The position numbers and the translations under genes were made by a program. This document shows positions 1-9,356 of a DNA stretch of 44,740 bases, piece by piece. The DNA is taken from sequence record OR896838.1; one strand, 5' to 3'. The notes below the pieces were generated by a model. It had not been told where the DNA came from, ran no database searches, and saw only the letters and a program-made list of their open reading frames with translations. Source of the stretch: Escherichia phage McMelon. How positions within the stretch are numbered: position 1 is the stretch's first letter; every line of letters starts with the position of its first letter.

Positions 1-1386
1 ATGCGTAACTATGCGGCAGAACACCGCGCACTCGAACGCTCGATCGCAAAGCGCAACCGACCGCCACGCCCTACGCGCGTTGCGCAGGCCGTTCGCCTGT
101 ATCAGCCTGATTGCCTACCGCACCAGGTGGAATTACTGCGCGACACGAAGACCAAAATACTCGGCCTTTGTTCCGGCTTCGGTGGCGGCAAGTCATGGGT
201 AGCGGCGCGTAAGGTAATCCAGCTTCTCACACTTAACCCTGGTCATGATGGCATCGTGACAGAACCGACTATTCCACTCCTGGTTAAAATCATGTACCCG
301 GAGCTTGAGAAGGCTTTCGACGAGGCTGGATTCCGGTGGAAGTTCAACAAGCAAGATAAAATTTACAGCGTGCTGGTGAAAGGCAAATGGACGCGCGTTA
401 TTTGTGAGTCAATGGAGAACTACACCCGCCTGATCGGGGTTAACGCCGCGTGGATTGTTGCCGACGAGTTCGACACCACGAAACAAGACGTCGCTATGGC
501 GGCGTACCACAAATTGCTTGGTCGTCTGCGTGCGGGTCTGGTGCGCCAGTTCGTCATCGTGTCCACGCCTGAAGGCTTCCGGGCGATGTACCAGATTTTC
601 GAAGTGGAGAAGGATAGCCAAAAACGTTTAATCAGGGCGAAGACTACCGACAACCACCACTTACCGGCAGACTTTATAGACACGCTGCGAAGCCAGTACC
701 CGGCAAACCTGATTGATGCATACCTTAACGGCCTGTTTGTCAACCTTACGTCTGGCGCGGTCTACAAGATGTTTAATCGCGAGGAGAACGCCAGCACCGA
801 GGAAGTGCAACCGGATGACACGCTGATTATCGGTATGGACTTTAACGTCACGAAAATGGCGGCGGTTGTGTACGTCAGACGGCAGCGCACTACCGAGAGC
901 AAGGAGTTCCGCGACGAGATTCACGCAGTGGATGAATTTGTGGACCTGTTTGACACCCCGGCTATGATTGAGGCGATCGAAGAGCGCTACCCGGAACATT
1001 GTGCTGCCGGTCGGGTAGTCGTTTACCCGGATAGCAGTGGCAAGTCGCGTAAGACTGTTAACGCGTCGTCGTCCGATATCGCGCAACTGGAAGACGCTGG
1101 CTTCGAGGTGGAATATGACAGCGTTAACCCGCCAGTAAAAGATAGATTGATCGCGATGAATACGATGATGTGCAACTCGAAGGGCGTGCGCCAGTATTTT
1201 GTCAACCTGGATAAATGCCCTACACTAGCGAAATGTCTGGAACAGCAGGTTTATGACCTGAAGAAAGGCGAGCCGGATAAAACCGCCGGTGTGGACCACA
1301 TGAACGATGCCGCGGGCTATCCGATTGCGCACCTGTTCCCAGTGATTCGTCCAATCGCCGTTGTTCCAACCGTAGACTTCTACTAA
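1..1386 (+). CDS. terL: terminase large subunit
   Basis: 461 aa ORF; Walker A GFGGGKS, Walker B-like IVADEF, C-terminal nuclease-like acidic motifs (IGMDFN, HMNDA); followed by portal and head genes. ATG at base 1, so N-terminus may be at window edge. Confidence 0.85.
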   Translation: MRNYAAEHRALERSIAKRNRPPRPTRVAQAVRLYQPDCLPHQVELLRDTKTKILGLCSGFGGGKSWVAARKVIQLLTLNPGHDGIVTEPTIPLLVKIMYPELEKAFDEAGFRWKFNKQDKIYSVLVKGKWTRVICESMENYTRLIGVNAAWIVADEFDTTKQDVAMAAYHKLLGRLRAGLVRQFVIVSTPEGFRAMYQIFEVEKDSQKRLIRAKTTDNHHLPADFIDTLRSQYPANLIDAYLNGLFVNLTSGAVYKMFNREENASTEEVQPDDTLIIGMDFNVTKMAAVVYVRRQRTTESKEFRDEIHAVDEFVDLFDTPAMIEAIEERYPEHCAAGRVVVYPDSSGKSRKTVNASSSDIAQLEDAGFEVEYDSVNPPVKDRLIAMNTMMCNSKGVRQYFVNLDKCPTLAKCLEQQVYDLKKGEPDKTAGVDHMNDAAGYPIAHLFPVIRPIAVVPTVDFY

Positions 1387-1396
1387 GGAAACGACC

Positions 1397-2917
1397 ATGA
1401 CCGTTAACGTTGACAACCAGCACCCACTCTATGCGCGCATCGCGCAGGAATGGAAGATGATCCGGGATTGTGTAGCAGGGGAGCGCGCCGTGAAGGCGTG
1501 CGGCCCTTTGTACCTGCCACACCCCGCCAGCGGCGACAATACCGACCCGAAAGCACGGGCGCGATATAAGGCGTATAAGCAACGTGCTGTATTCCTGAAC
1601 GCCACCGCACGTACACTTAACGCGCTGTTAGGCGTGGCCTTCGCTAAGCCGGTAAGTCTCGACCTTTCCGGGGCGATGGCTGACCTGATTGATGACGTTG
1701 ACGGCAGCGGTATGCCACTGCCGCAACTACTGCGCGGTGCTATGTCGGAAGTGCTGCAATCGGGCCGCGCGGGCTTTATGGTGGACTACGACCGCCAGGC
1801 TAACTTTGATGAACTGGGTAACGTAGTGCCGCAGACCGCCGCCGAGATGGCGTCGCACCGCCCGCTTATCCGCCTGTATACGGCAGAACAGATCATCAAC
1901 TGGCGGCAGACCCACGGCGTTGATACGCTAATTGTGCTGAAGGAAACGGACGAAATCAGCACCGAAGACCCGGACGACTTCGCAAACCACGAAGTAACAA
2001 TCTGGACCGAGCTTCGCATGATTAACGGTGCGGCACACGCCCGCCGCTGGTACTACAACGCGGACACGTCCGAGGTGCAAATGGATTTGCCGCGTGGATT
2101 CACCCGCACCGACCTGGTGCCGCTGGTGGATGCCTCCGGTAATGCGCTTACACAACTTCCGTTTTGCTGGTGTGGTGCGGTGGACAACAACGCAACGCCT
2201 GACGCCGCTCCGCTGGCGGATATCGCATCCATCAACATTAAGCACTACAACGCCGAAGCGGATGTCGCCGAGATTGCGCACATCGTGGGTCAGCCTACTC
2301 TGGTGGCAACTGGCTTGACTCAATCATGGGCGGACAAAAACCTGAAGGGCGGCATTGCCCTCGGTGCGACTAAGGGCGTTATCCTGGGCCAGAACATGGA
2401 CGCTAAACTGATCCAGGCGGAGGAGCGCAACTTGTCGGTTGCACTGTGTGAGCGTCGCGAATTGCAAATGGCTAAACTTGGTGCGGCCCTGGTTGAGAAG
2501 GGGACTGCACCTAAGACGGCAACTGAAGCGGCCTACGATGCGCAGACTGATAACAGTATCCTGTCGCTTATTGCCGGTAACGTTGAGAAGGCTTTCAACC
2601 GCGCGTTGCAAATCGTCCAGCTATTCACGGGAGACACCGCCGACCAACGCGTAACGCTGAACAAGTTCTACACCGAAATCACGGTTGATGCGCAGCTTAT
2701 GACCGCGATGATGTCGGGGGTGCAGACTGGCACGGTCCGCCTGGCTGACTTCATCAAGTGGATGATGGCGCAGGGCGTCATCGACGACTCGCAAACCGTC
2801 GAGCAGGTGGAAGACGAATTGCGAAATCAGAATCCATTGCCTCAAATGTCCCCTGATGCGGTAGAATCTACCGAAGAAGACCCGGACAAGGTAGCGGACA
2901 ATGGCGAAGACAATTAA
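1397..2917 (+). CDS. portal protein
   Basis: 506 aa ORF immediately after TerL, RBS AAGGAAA before ATG, acidic C-terminus; assigned by size and synteny. Confidence 0.75.
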   Translation: MTVNVDNQHPLYARIAQEWKMIRDCVAGERAVKACGPLYLPHPASGDNTDPKARARYKAYKQRAVFLNATARTLNALLGVAFAKPVSLDLSGAMADLIDDVDGSGMPLPQLLRGAMSEVLQSGRAGFMVDYDRQANFDELGNVVPQTAAEMASHRPLIRLYTAEQIINWRQTHGVDTLIVLKETDEISTEDPDDFANHEVTIWTELRMINGAAHARRWYYNADTSEVQMDLPRGFTRTDLVPLVDASGNALTQLPFCWCGAVDNNATPDAAPLADIASINIKHYNAEADVAEIAHIVGQPTLVATGLTQSWADKNLKGGIALGATKGVILGQNMDAKLIQAEERNLSVALCERRELQMAKLGAALVEKGTAPKTATEAAYDAQTDNSILSLIAGNVEKAFNRALQIVQLFTGDTADQRVTLNKFYTEITVDAQLMTAMMSGVQTGTVRLADFIKWMMAQGVIDDSQTVEQVEDELRNQNPLPQMSPDAVESTEEDPDKVADNGEDN

Positions 2918-4004
2918 TCAATATATGGCGGATCGAATGATTCGCCGTCACATCTTCACCCAGCGCCTGAGCAATGACCAGGCGCGACGGGTGCTGGCTA
3001 TGTGGGAGAAGTTCCGGCCCACTTTACTTGGTAAGCTGACCGAGTTACTTGATGGCAAAAAGTCCATGAGCAACAAGGCACTTACCACACTGTTAACTCA
3101 AATCGACAAGACCGTCAAAACGGAACTGCGCGCAGAGTTTAAAGTGCTGGCGGAGAGCCTTCAGGAGTTCGCCGACACCGAGGCTGATTATCTCGCGGAC
3201 ACATTAACGGCAGCGATCCAGCCCGCGGTCGCTGTGCCTGCGGTCGAAGTAGTGGGCGTTGTGACCGGCGCGCAGATTGCAGCGACTGCAATGAAAAACC
3301 CGTTCCAGGGGAACACCATGATGCAATGGCCTGATTCACTTTCCGAGTGGACCAGGACGCAGATCGGCAATCAGGTGCGCGCTGGATTCATCCAGGGCAA
3401 GCCGACTATGGAAATTATTGCGGACGTGAGGCGCGCGCTCGGCGGTCGAAGTGCGCAAGCTATCTCAAGCGTTGTTAAGTCCGCGGTCAACCACTATGCG
3501 GCGACCGCCCGCGAACTAATGGTAAAAGCAAATGACGATATTCTCGAAGGTCGCCAATGGTTGGCTACATTGGACACGCATACTTCTCCCATGTGCCAGC
3601 TACGCGATCGCCTGTTTTATCCGGTTGATGTTACTCCCGACACCAAAGGAAAGCGCGGCGGGAAAGTGGTGGCGGGGTCACAATATGGCGCTGGTCCGGG
3701 CAAGCTGCATTATTGCTGCCGTTCGACGGAGACGTGGAAAGTCAAAGGTATGGAAGATTGGCCCAGTGGTAAGCGTCCGGCACTGAAGGCTGACGCGGGC
3801 AGATTGCTGAGCGAGCAGGTCGACGCGCAGACTGATTTCTTCTCATGGGTGCAGCGCCAGCCGCGCCATATTCTGGAAGAATTATACGGAGTGCAACGCG
3901 CCGACCAGATTATGCGCGGAGTGAAAGTGCCGAAGATGTTCACCGATTCCGGCGAACTAATGACTATCGCACAGCTTAAAAACCGGGGGTTATGGCGTGA
4001 TTAA
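2901..4004 (+). CDS. head morphogenesis protein (SPP1 gp7 / Mu F-like)
   Basis: 367 aa; conserved LDTHTSPMCQ...GK-type motif; sits between portal and scaffold; overlaps portal 3' end. Confidence 0.7.
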   Translation: MAKTINQYMADRMIRRHIFTQRLSNDQARRVLAMWEKFRPTLLGKLTELLDGKKSMSNKALTTLLTQIDKTVKTELRAEFKVLAESLQEFADTEADYLADTLTAAIQPAVAVPAVEVVGVVTGAQIAATAMKNPFQGNTMMQWPDSLSEWTRTQIGNQVRAGFIQGKPTMEIIADVRRALGGRSAQAISSVVKSAVNHYAATARELMVKANDDILEGRQWLATLDTHTSPMCQLRDRLFYPVDVTPDTKGKRGGKVVAGSQYGAGPGKLHYCCRSTETWKVKGMEDWPSGKRPALKADAGRLLSEQVDAQTDFFSWVQRQPRHILEELYGVQRADQIMRGVKVPKMFTDSGELMTIAQLKNRGLWRD

Positions 4005-4326
4005 ATATGCAGCGATTGGACTGGTTATCGGTCTGGCGGTAGGATTCTGGCTAGGCGACTCCTATCGTACTGGCGTAGTGGCGGAGGCGGCGCAAGAAGC
4101 GCAAGCCAAAGCCCAACGGCAGCAAACTAAAGTTGTTGAGCGCTCCGTGCAGGCCGAACAGGCCCGCGACGTAGAATACCGGACTATAACGAAAGAGGTT
4201 GTTAAATATGTTACGCGCCCTAACCGCCCTGATTGTAGTTTTGATGCTGAGCGCGTGCGGATCAAGCAACGTGCCGTTGATGCCGCTAACGGAGTCGGCA
4301 CTGCGACCGCCGTGCAAGTTCGATAG
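3997..4326 (+). CDS. Rz: i-spanin (Rz-like)
   Basis: 109 aa; GTG start overlapping upstream stop; N-terminal TM helix (IGLVIGLAVGFWLG) then Q/A/E-rich helical region; Rz1-like ORF overlaps its 3' end in +1 frame. Confidence 0.6.
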   Translation: MIKYAAIGLVIGLAVGFWLGDSYRTGVVAEAAQEAQAKAQRQQTKVVERSVQAEQARDVEYRTITKEVVKYVTRPNRPDCSFDAERVRIKQRAVDAANGVGTATAVQVR

Positions 4327-4438
4327 CCCGTCCGCAGACCCCGACGAAGACTTGCTGGTCGATGTTAAGAATATGGAATGTGGTGCGAAGCTGAGGGCGC
4401 AAGTGCTGGAGTTGCAGAAAATAATTCGGGGGCCGTGA
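4208..4438 (+). CDS. Rz1: o-spanin (Rz1-like outer-membrane lipoprotein)
   Basis: Signal peptide with lipobox LSAC, Pro-rich mature region with second Cys; begins inside the Rz-like ORF in another frame and extends past it; RBS AAGAGG upstream of ATG. Confidence 0.6.
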   Translation: MLRALTALIVVLMLSACGSSNVPLMPLTESALRPPCKFDSPSADPDEDLLVDVKNMECGAKLRAQVLELQKIIRGP

Positions 4439-4452
4439 TGGCCCCCTTTTTG
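4427..4452. terminator. rho-independent terminator (likely bidirectional, between convergent genes)
   Basis: GGGGGCC-gtgat-GGCCCCC hairpin followed by TTTTT; the minus-strand gene stop lies at 4453. Confidence 0.7.
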
Positions 4453-5217
4453 TTAGCGCGGAATACCGCAGATTTCGTTTAACGTCTTAACATCCAGCGC
4501 CACCGCCGTGGATTTAGGCTTGTCCGGGTATGGAATGAACTGTTCCACTTCAGGCCACGCCTTGATCAGCTTCTTATCGGTATTGTGCATATCCAGCACG
4601 CCGGTAACGGTTAGTTTGAACGCGTCATACTTAGCTCGCAACTCGCGTCGGGCCTTGTCATTACGGTCCAGGCGCTTGCAGAAGTCGTGATTCGCCGGGT
4701 AGTCTATACGACCGCGTGGCATATATATCGGCAGCGCTTTTCCGTCATCGTCCAATTCGCACACTGACGCTAACAAAATTTCCTCACACCCAGGCACAAT
4801 ATCGCCGAGATCGGGAGACAGCTTATTCATGTATTTATATTCCCAGTATCCGCGATGTACTCGGAATCGGTGTCCGTCTCCGCTCAATGACACGGTACGG
4901 ACGTTTCCGCCGGCGTTGATTTCGAAAGTGGCGTCATAAACGCGGCCGATACCATACGGGCGGTCAGCGTTATAACTATACGTCGCCTTGTTGGTGTATA
5001 CGCTTACTCCGTACATCTGCGACGGGTCATCGCCGATTGCTTTAATGCGCGCGAGTAGCTCGGCGAAAGTGCGAATGCCTTCCGGCATACAGTCCAGCGT
5101 AATGGCGTACGCAAGGTCGCGAGAGTCCATCATGATGGATTTGGCTTCGGTCGCGATTTCATGGTCGCGCAGGATGTTAGCCAGAATCTGGTTTTTAATG
5201 TCTTTTGTCAGTCTCAT
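4453..5217 (-). CDS. hypothetical protein (orphan reverse-strand gene in structural module)
   Basis: 254 aa from the internal ATG (MRLTKD...) with RBS GAGGA 8 nt upstream; the longer track ORF upstream is an S/A/R-rich antisense shadow of the scaffold gene; no recognisable domain. Confidence 0.55.
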   Translation of the reverse strand: MRLTKDIKNQILANILRDHEIATEAKSIMMDSRDLAYAITLDCMPEGIRTFAELLARIKAIGDDPSQMYGVSVYTNKATYSYNADRPYGIGRVYDATFEINAGGNVRTVSLSGDGHRFRVHRGYWEYKYMNKLSPDLGDIVPGCEEILLASVCELDDDGKALPIYMPRGRIDYPANHDFCKRLDRNDKARRELRAKYDAFKLTVTGVLDMHNTDKKLIKAWPEVEQFIPYPDKPKSTAVALDVKTLNEICGIPR

Positions 5218-5246
5218 TTTTATGTCCTCGTTGTTGGTGTGCAACC

Positions 5247-5275
5247 AATATATGCAACCAATACGCGGATTGCAA
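5247..5275 (-). promoter_or_regulatory. sigma70-like promoter (TTGCAA-17-TATATT) for 4453..5217
   Basis: Minus-strand reading: TTGCAA, 17-nt spacer, TATATT, then GGTTGCACACCAACA and RBS; same -10 and downstream 21-mer as the promoter at 39364..39392. Confidence 0.45.
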
Positions 5276-5282
5276 GCGAATT

Positions 5283-5310
5283 TTGCGATTATTTTTATCA
5301 CTGATAATAT
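5283..5310 (+). promoter_or_regulatory. candidate sigma70 promoter for scaffold/capsid genes
   Basis: TTGCGA-16 nt-TAATAT upstream of the scaffold gene. Confidence 0.3.
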
Positions 5311-5365
5311 TAGAGGCGTGAAGTCGAGCGGGTGGCCCGCTCTGCCACAATCCCAGGGGGATAGC

Positions 5366-6067
5366 ATGAAACTTACTAAAGCAGAATATGACGCGTTGCC
5401 GGAAGGTATGAAGGCGCTTTTTGTTGCCGATGGTGACGGGTATAAATCAACGTTCATGACCGCAGAAGAAGTACAGGCGGAGATCAAGGGTCTGAAAGAC
5501 AACAACGCGAAGCTGGTGAGCGAGAAGAAAGCAGAAGCTGAACGTCGCGCCGAAGCCGAGCGCCTTGCGAAAGAGAAAGAGGAAGCCGCCGCGCGCAAAA
5601 ATGGCGACCTCGAAGCGATCGACAAGTCTTGGAAAGATAAGTTTGCGAAACACGAAGCAGACACATCGGGAAAAATCGAAGCCTATCGCAAGCAGATCCA
5701 CGATCTAACCATCGGCAGCGCGGCCAAAGACCTGGCGTCGAAGCTGTTCGGTAAGAATGCGGGCATCATGCAACGCCACGTAATGGACCGCCTGACGCTG
5801 GAAGACGGCGAAGACGGCAGCTTGAAAGTGCGTGTCTTGCAGGATGGCAAACCGTCCGCGCTGACTATGGAAGAGCTTGAAAAAGAGTTCCGTAATAACG
5901 CCGATTTCGCATCCGTCCTGGCTGGCACGCCAGCAGGAGGCGCTCCTAGCAAACCGACGCAGGTTGTCGAAGATGTGAAGTCTAAAATTACGATGGGCCA
6001 TAGCTTCGGTATCACCGATCTCACCAAACAGGCCGGGGATATCATCGCTAAAATGGGCGACGAGTAA
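5366..6067 (+). CDS. scaffolding protein
   Basis: 233 aa, strongly helical E/K/A-rich composition, directly upstream of major capsid gene; internal ATG of track ORF 4988..6067 with RBS GGGGGA. Confidence 0.65.
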   Translation: MKLTKAEYDALPEGMKALFVADGDGYKSTFMTAEEVQAEIKGLKDNNAKLVSEKKAEAERRAEAERLAKEKEEAAARKNGDLEAIDKSWKDKFAKHEADTSGKIEAYRKQIHDLTIGSAAKDLASKLFGKNAGIMQRHVMDRLTLEDGEDGSLKVRVLQDGKPSALTMEELEKEFRNNADFASVLAGTPAGGAPSKPTQVVEDVKSKITMGHSFGITDLTKQAGDIIAKMGDE

Positions 6068-6069
6068 GC

Positions 6070-6098
6070 GGATTGCCCGCGAAAGCGGGCAATTTTGC
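6070..6098 (+). terminator. putative terminator / attenuator
   Basis: ATTGCCCGC-gaaa-GCGGGCAAT hairpin followed by TTTTG. Confidence 0.45.
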
Positions 6099-6164
6099 GA
6101 GCGCGTAAAACTAAGGTAACATTAATGCCACTGGGCGAATGCTCACAACTCAAAGGATTTCGAT

Positions 6165-7259
6165 ATGTCTTTAACAGTGTTCCAGCGTAAACTCGTTACC
6201 GCGGTTACGCAAATGATCCCCGACAACCTGAACGTTTTCAACGCCGCCGCCAATGGCGCTGTTGTTCTCGGTACTGGTGAAGTGCTGAAGGACGTTATTG
6301 AGAAAATGTCCGTAGGCTTGATCGCCAACCTCGTTACCGACCGTAACGCCTACGCCCCCGTCGGCACTCCGGCGACCGCGAAAGTGCTGGCGCGTATGCT
6401 AACCAACTCGGTTAACCTTTCCGCAAAAGTGGGTCCGGTAGCAATCACTAAGGCTATGATGGCTAAGATCGAAACCAACGTTAACAGCGTCGCGGCTGAG
6501 ATTGCGGCACAGGCTACTCAAGCGATTATGCTGCACTACCTGAAAGCTGGTATCGGCGCAAGTAAAGCGGCGATCGAAAGCAACGCAGCGGCAAAATATA
6601 CCCAACCGGCGCGCGTTGACGGCGTTGGCGGTCGTACCTTCCCGACCCTGGCAGACTTCCCGCTGGCGGCTTCTAAGTTCGGCGATCAGGCGTCTTTGAT
6701 TAAGTCTTGGTTTATGGACGGCGTTACCTGGGCAAACTTCATTGCGTACCAGGCACTCCCTTCCGCTGAACAGGTATTCGCAATTGGCGATCTCCAGGTA
6801 ATGGGTGATGGCCTGGGCCGTCGCTTCATTATCTCCGATGCCGCTGCCGATGCTATGGGCGCGGGTAACATGCTGGGCCTGGTCCCTGGCGCGGTTGCAG
6901 TTACCACCAACGGCCTCGATATGCTGGCGCAGGAAAAAGGCGGTAACGAGAACATCGAACGCTGGTGGCAGGGTGAGTTCGACTTCAACGTGGCTGTTAA
7001 AGGCTACCGTCTGAAGGCGTCCGCTCGTACCCCGATCGAAGGTGTGCGCTCGTTCAAACTGGACGACATCACCACTTCCGCTAACTGGGAACTGGACCAG
7101 GGCCAGGTAGACAACGCACCGGCAACCGTGCAGGATGTTGGCGGCGATAGCGATACTAAAGGACGTCGTAAGACCCAGGCCGCACAGGCAGTGCCTACCC
7201 GTCACATCAAGGAAACCGCTGGCGTACTGGTTACGCTGACTGCGACCACCGCGTCTTAA
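6165..7259 (+). CDS. major capsid protein
   Basis: 364 aa ORF after scaffold, RBS AAAGGA, flanked by terminators; assigned by synteny and size. Confidence 0.75.
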   Translation: MSLTVFQRKLVTAVTQMIPDNLNVFNAAANGAVVLGTGEVLKDVIEKMSVGLIANLVTDRNAYAPVGTPATAKVLARMLTNSVNLSAKVGPVAITKAMMAKIETNVNSVAAEIAAQATQAIMLHYLKAGIGASKAAIESNAAAKYTQPARVDGVGGRTFPTLADFPLAASKFGDQASLIKSWFMDGVTWANFIAYQALPSAEQVFAIGDLQVMGDGLGRRFIISDAAADAMGAGNMLGLVPGAVAVTTNGLDMLAQEKGGNENIERWWQGEFDFNVAVKGYRLKASARTPIEGVRSFKLDDITTSANWELDQGQVDNAPATVQDVGGDSDTKGRRKTQAAQAVPTRHIKETAGVLVTLTATTAS

Positions 7260-7276
7260 TCGACGCACATCCCAAA

Positions 7277-7302
7277 GGGGCGGGCTTATGCCCGCCTTTT
7301 TT
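7277..7302 (+). terminator. rho-independent terminator
   Basis: GGGGCGGGC-ttat-GCCCGCC hairpin followed by TTTTTT. Confidence 0.75.
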
Positions 7303-7317
7303 ATAGGAGTGAATACA

Positions 7318-7818
7318 ATGTATGGCGACCCGCAAACCTTTGTCGATTATGCCACTGCGCGAGGCGTTGAAATTACGCTGGGCGATGCAACGCGACACAT
7401 TACCATCGTTAATGACTTCCTTAACGGCATCAACTGGATCGGCGAACAGGCGGACCAGACAGGAATAGACGCATGGCCCCGCATCAATTACCCATCGGAC
7501 GGGAAGCCGGTGCGCGACACGCAAACCGAAGCCGTGGCGGTAGTGCCTGTCGGGCAAATCGTAGACTTTGCATCAATCCCCGTTGCCGTTGAGCAAGCTG
7601 TTTACCGGCTGGCGCTGTTGGTGGCTGACGAGATCGATATTTCTCCTGTCGGCGATGGTAAAGAGACTATTCGCGAAACGGTCGGCCCGATCACGATGGA
7701 ATATGACCCGGCGTCGATTGGTAGCGGGGTGTCGTTCCCGTGGTGGGATGGCTTGTTAGGCCACTGGGTTGATTCAGGCGGCAACGCCGCAGGCAATTTC
7801 GACGTATACAGGGGGTGA
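7318..7818 (+). CDS. putative head-tail connector / head completion protein
   Basis: 166 aa from ATG with AGGAG RBS (the track ORF's first ATG lies in the terminator loop); position between capsid and neck genes. Confidence 0.5.
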   Translation: MYGDPQTFVDYATARGVEITLGDATRHITIVNDFLNGINWIGEQADQTGIDAWPRINYPSDGKPVRDTQTEAVAVVPVGQIVDFASIPVAVEQAVYRLALLVADEIDISPVGDGKETIRETVGPITMEYDPASIGSGVSFPWWDGLLGHWVDSGGNAAGNFDVYRG

Positions 7819-7925
7819 TATGAATCCTGCATTACTCGCAGCTATTATCGCTGCAAATACTAAACAGCCGACGGAACAAGAACCGGAGCCAGAACCAGTA
7901 CCACCAGCACAGGAGAGTGAAGAAG

Positions 7926-8279
7926 ATGGCGGGCTTTAATTACGCGGGGTTAAAGCGGAAAGTCAATCCGCTGATTAAAAAGTTCGGCATGACGGCTACG
8001 GTGACGCGTCCGGGATCGGTTGACCGCGTAGACGGCGACGAAGTGATAATCCCGCCAACGTCGTTCGACGTCATCGGTCTTCGCGAGGAGTACAAGCCTA
8101 GCGAGATCGACGGAACGCGTATCGTTGCCGGTGATGTGAAGTTTTTATGTCGGGCGGTTGAGCAATTGCGGGTGGGAGACCTGGTTAACCTGGACGGCAC
8201 TGACTACCGGGTCGTCAACCCTAACCCGCTGCAACCGGCTGGCACTACCATGCTGTTTCAACTACAGCTAAGGGGCTAA
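7926..8279 (+). CDS. putative head-tail joining protein
   Basis: 117 aa, ATG with AGGAGA RBS; synteny only. Confidence 0.5.
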   Translation: MAGFNYAGLKRKVNPLIKKFGMTATVTRPGSVDRVDGDEVIIPPTSFDVIGLREEYKPSEIDGTRIVAGDVKFLCRAVEQLRVGDLVNLDGTDYRVVNPNPLQPAGTTMLFQLQLRG

Positions 8280-8280
8280 C

Positions 8281-8874
8281 GTGGCTGAAGTCTACTCATT
8301 CGCCGCCACTATTGCTACGTGGGTGGATAAGACGAAGGAGAACAACGACAAGGCGGTGCGGGCGTACGGTATGCAAATACTCGGACGCCTTATTGAGATC
8401 TCCCCGGTGGGCGACCCCCGCCGGTGGAAAATTAACAAGGCTTACGCGCTTGCACGCGAACACGCGAACAAGGTGAACGCCGCACAGCGCCGCAAGAACG
8501 GCGGTAAACTGAAGCGTGGGCAGAAGAAGCACGCCAGTGTGCTTGTATCATTCAAAACTAAAAACGGCAACGTCACGTTCCGCCAGCGTGGCTGGGCTGC
8601 GAAGAATTACACCGGCGGACGCTTCCGGGGAAACTGGCAGGTTACGTTCGACCGCCCGGCTGTCGGCGCTATTGACCGCGTGGACAAGGCAGGAACGGCA
8701 ACATTAGCCGCAGGGCGTGAAGTGCTGGCGCATTACGATTCAGGTGAATACGGGTCTATCTGGTTTACTAACAATGTGCCGTATGCCCAGCGACTGGAAT
8801 ATGGCTGGAGTAAACAAGCGCCTGCGGGGATTGTTCGCGTCGTAGCGGCAGAAATTAATTCGAAGGTGAAATAA
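8281..8874 (+). CDS. putative neck / tail completion protein (HK97 gp10-like)
   Basis: 197 aa, GTG start; C-terminal YAQRLEYG resembles the conserved motif of HK97 gp10-family proteins. Confidence 0.5.
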   Translation: MAEVYSFAATIATWVDKTKENNDKAVRAYGMQILGRLIEISPVGDPRRWKINKAYALAREHANKVNAAQRRKNGGKLKRGQKKHASVLVSFKTKNGNVTFRQRGWAAKNYTGGRFRGNWQVTFDRPAVGAIDRVDKAGTATLAAGREVLAHYDSGEYGSIWFTNNVPYAQRLEYGWSKQAPAGIVRVVAAEINSKVK

Positions 8875-9296
8875 TGAGCAATACTCTAATCCGCAAGGCG
8901 CTTAACAGCGTAGTAGAAGAATTATCGGTTAGCCTGAGCACTAGCACGCGCCCGATAAAGGTTAACTGGGAGAACGTGAGTGGCGACCACGCAAACGGCA
9001 GCGGTGTCTACCTGGAACCATATCTGCTTCCGGCCCCTACCCAGTTTGTGGGCTTCCAGCAGAAGGGCCGGATCTATGCAGGCGTGTATCAGATTGCCGT
9101 GGTATTTCCTGCGGGCACGGGCACACAGTATGCGAGCGAACTGGCGGACACCATCGCGACGTCTGACAAGTGGCAGGCCGTAAGGCTTACCGGTGCTGCA
9201 TTCCAGCTTCAAGACGCGCCATACACCAGTTCGGTGATTGAGGATGTTGATCGCGCCCGCATCGTGGTTACAGTGCCCTATTCCTGTTGCGCCTGA
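8874..9296 (+). CDS. putative tail terminator protein
   Basis: 140 aa, ATG overlaps upstream stop (TAATG); immediately upstream of major tail protein. Confidence 0.45.
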   Translation: MSNTLIRKALNSVVEELSVSLSTSTRPIKVNWENVSGDHANGSGVYLEPYLLPAPTQFVGFQQKGRIYAGVYQIAVVFPAGTGTQYASELADTIATSDKWQAVRLTGAAFQLQDAPYTSSVIEDVDRARIVVTVPYSCCA

Positions 9297-9356
9297 TTTG
9301 GCGCAATTCTGCGCGTGCTGTATCATTAAACCGTATATCTAAACAGGAGCTTTATT

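Noticed and set aside
661-1582. Minus-strand ORFs (661..1086, 1023..1205, 1220..1582) inside terminase and portal genes
   Set aside because: Antisense to well-supported genes, with Arg-rich compositions typical of shadow ORFs.
4988-5365. N-terminal 126 codons of track ORF 4988..6067 (upstream of the scaffold start)
   Set aside because: Ser/Met/Ile-rich and overlaps the promoter region; a good RBS precedes the internal ATG at 5366, so the scaffold is called from there.
5218-5664. Upstream 149 codons of track ORF 4453..5664 (minus)
   Set aside because: S/A/R-rich antisense shadow of the Lys/Glu-rich scaffold gene; the RBS-supported start is at 5217.
6399-7268. 289-aa minus-strand ORF antisense to the major capsid gene
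   Set aside because: Arg/Cys-rich shadow ORF fully inside a high-confidence plus-strand structural gene; no RBS.
7820-7939. 39-aa ORF (MNPALLAAIIAANTKQPTEQEPEPEP...) between head genes
   Set aside because: Overlaps the RBS and start of the next gene and is low-complexity Pro/Glu-rich; could be real but not supported enough to report as a feature.
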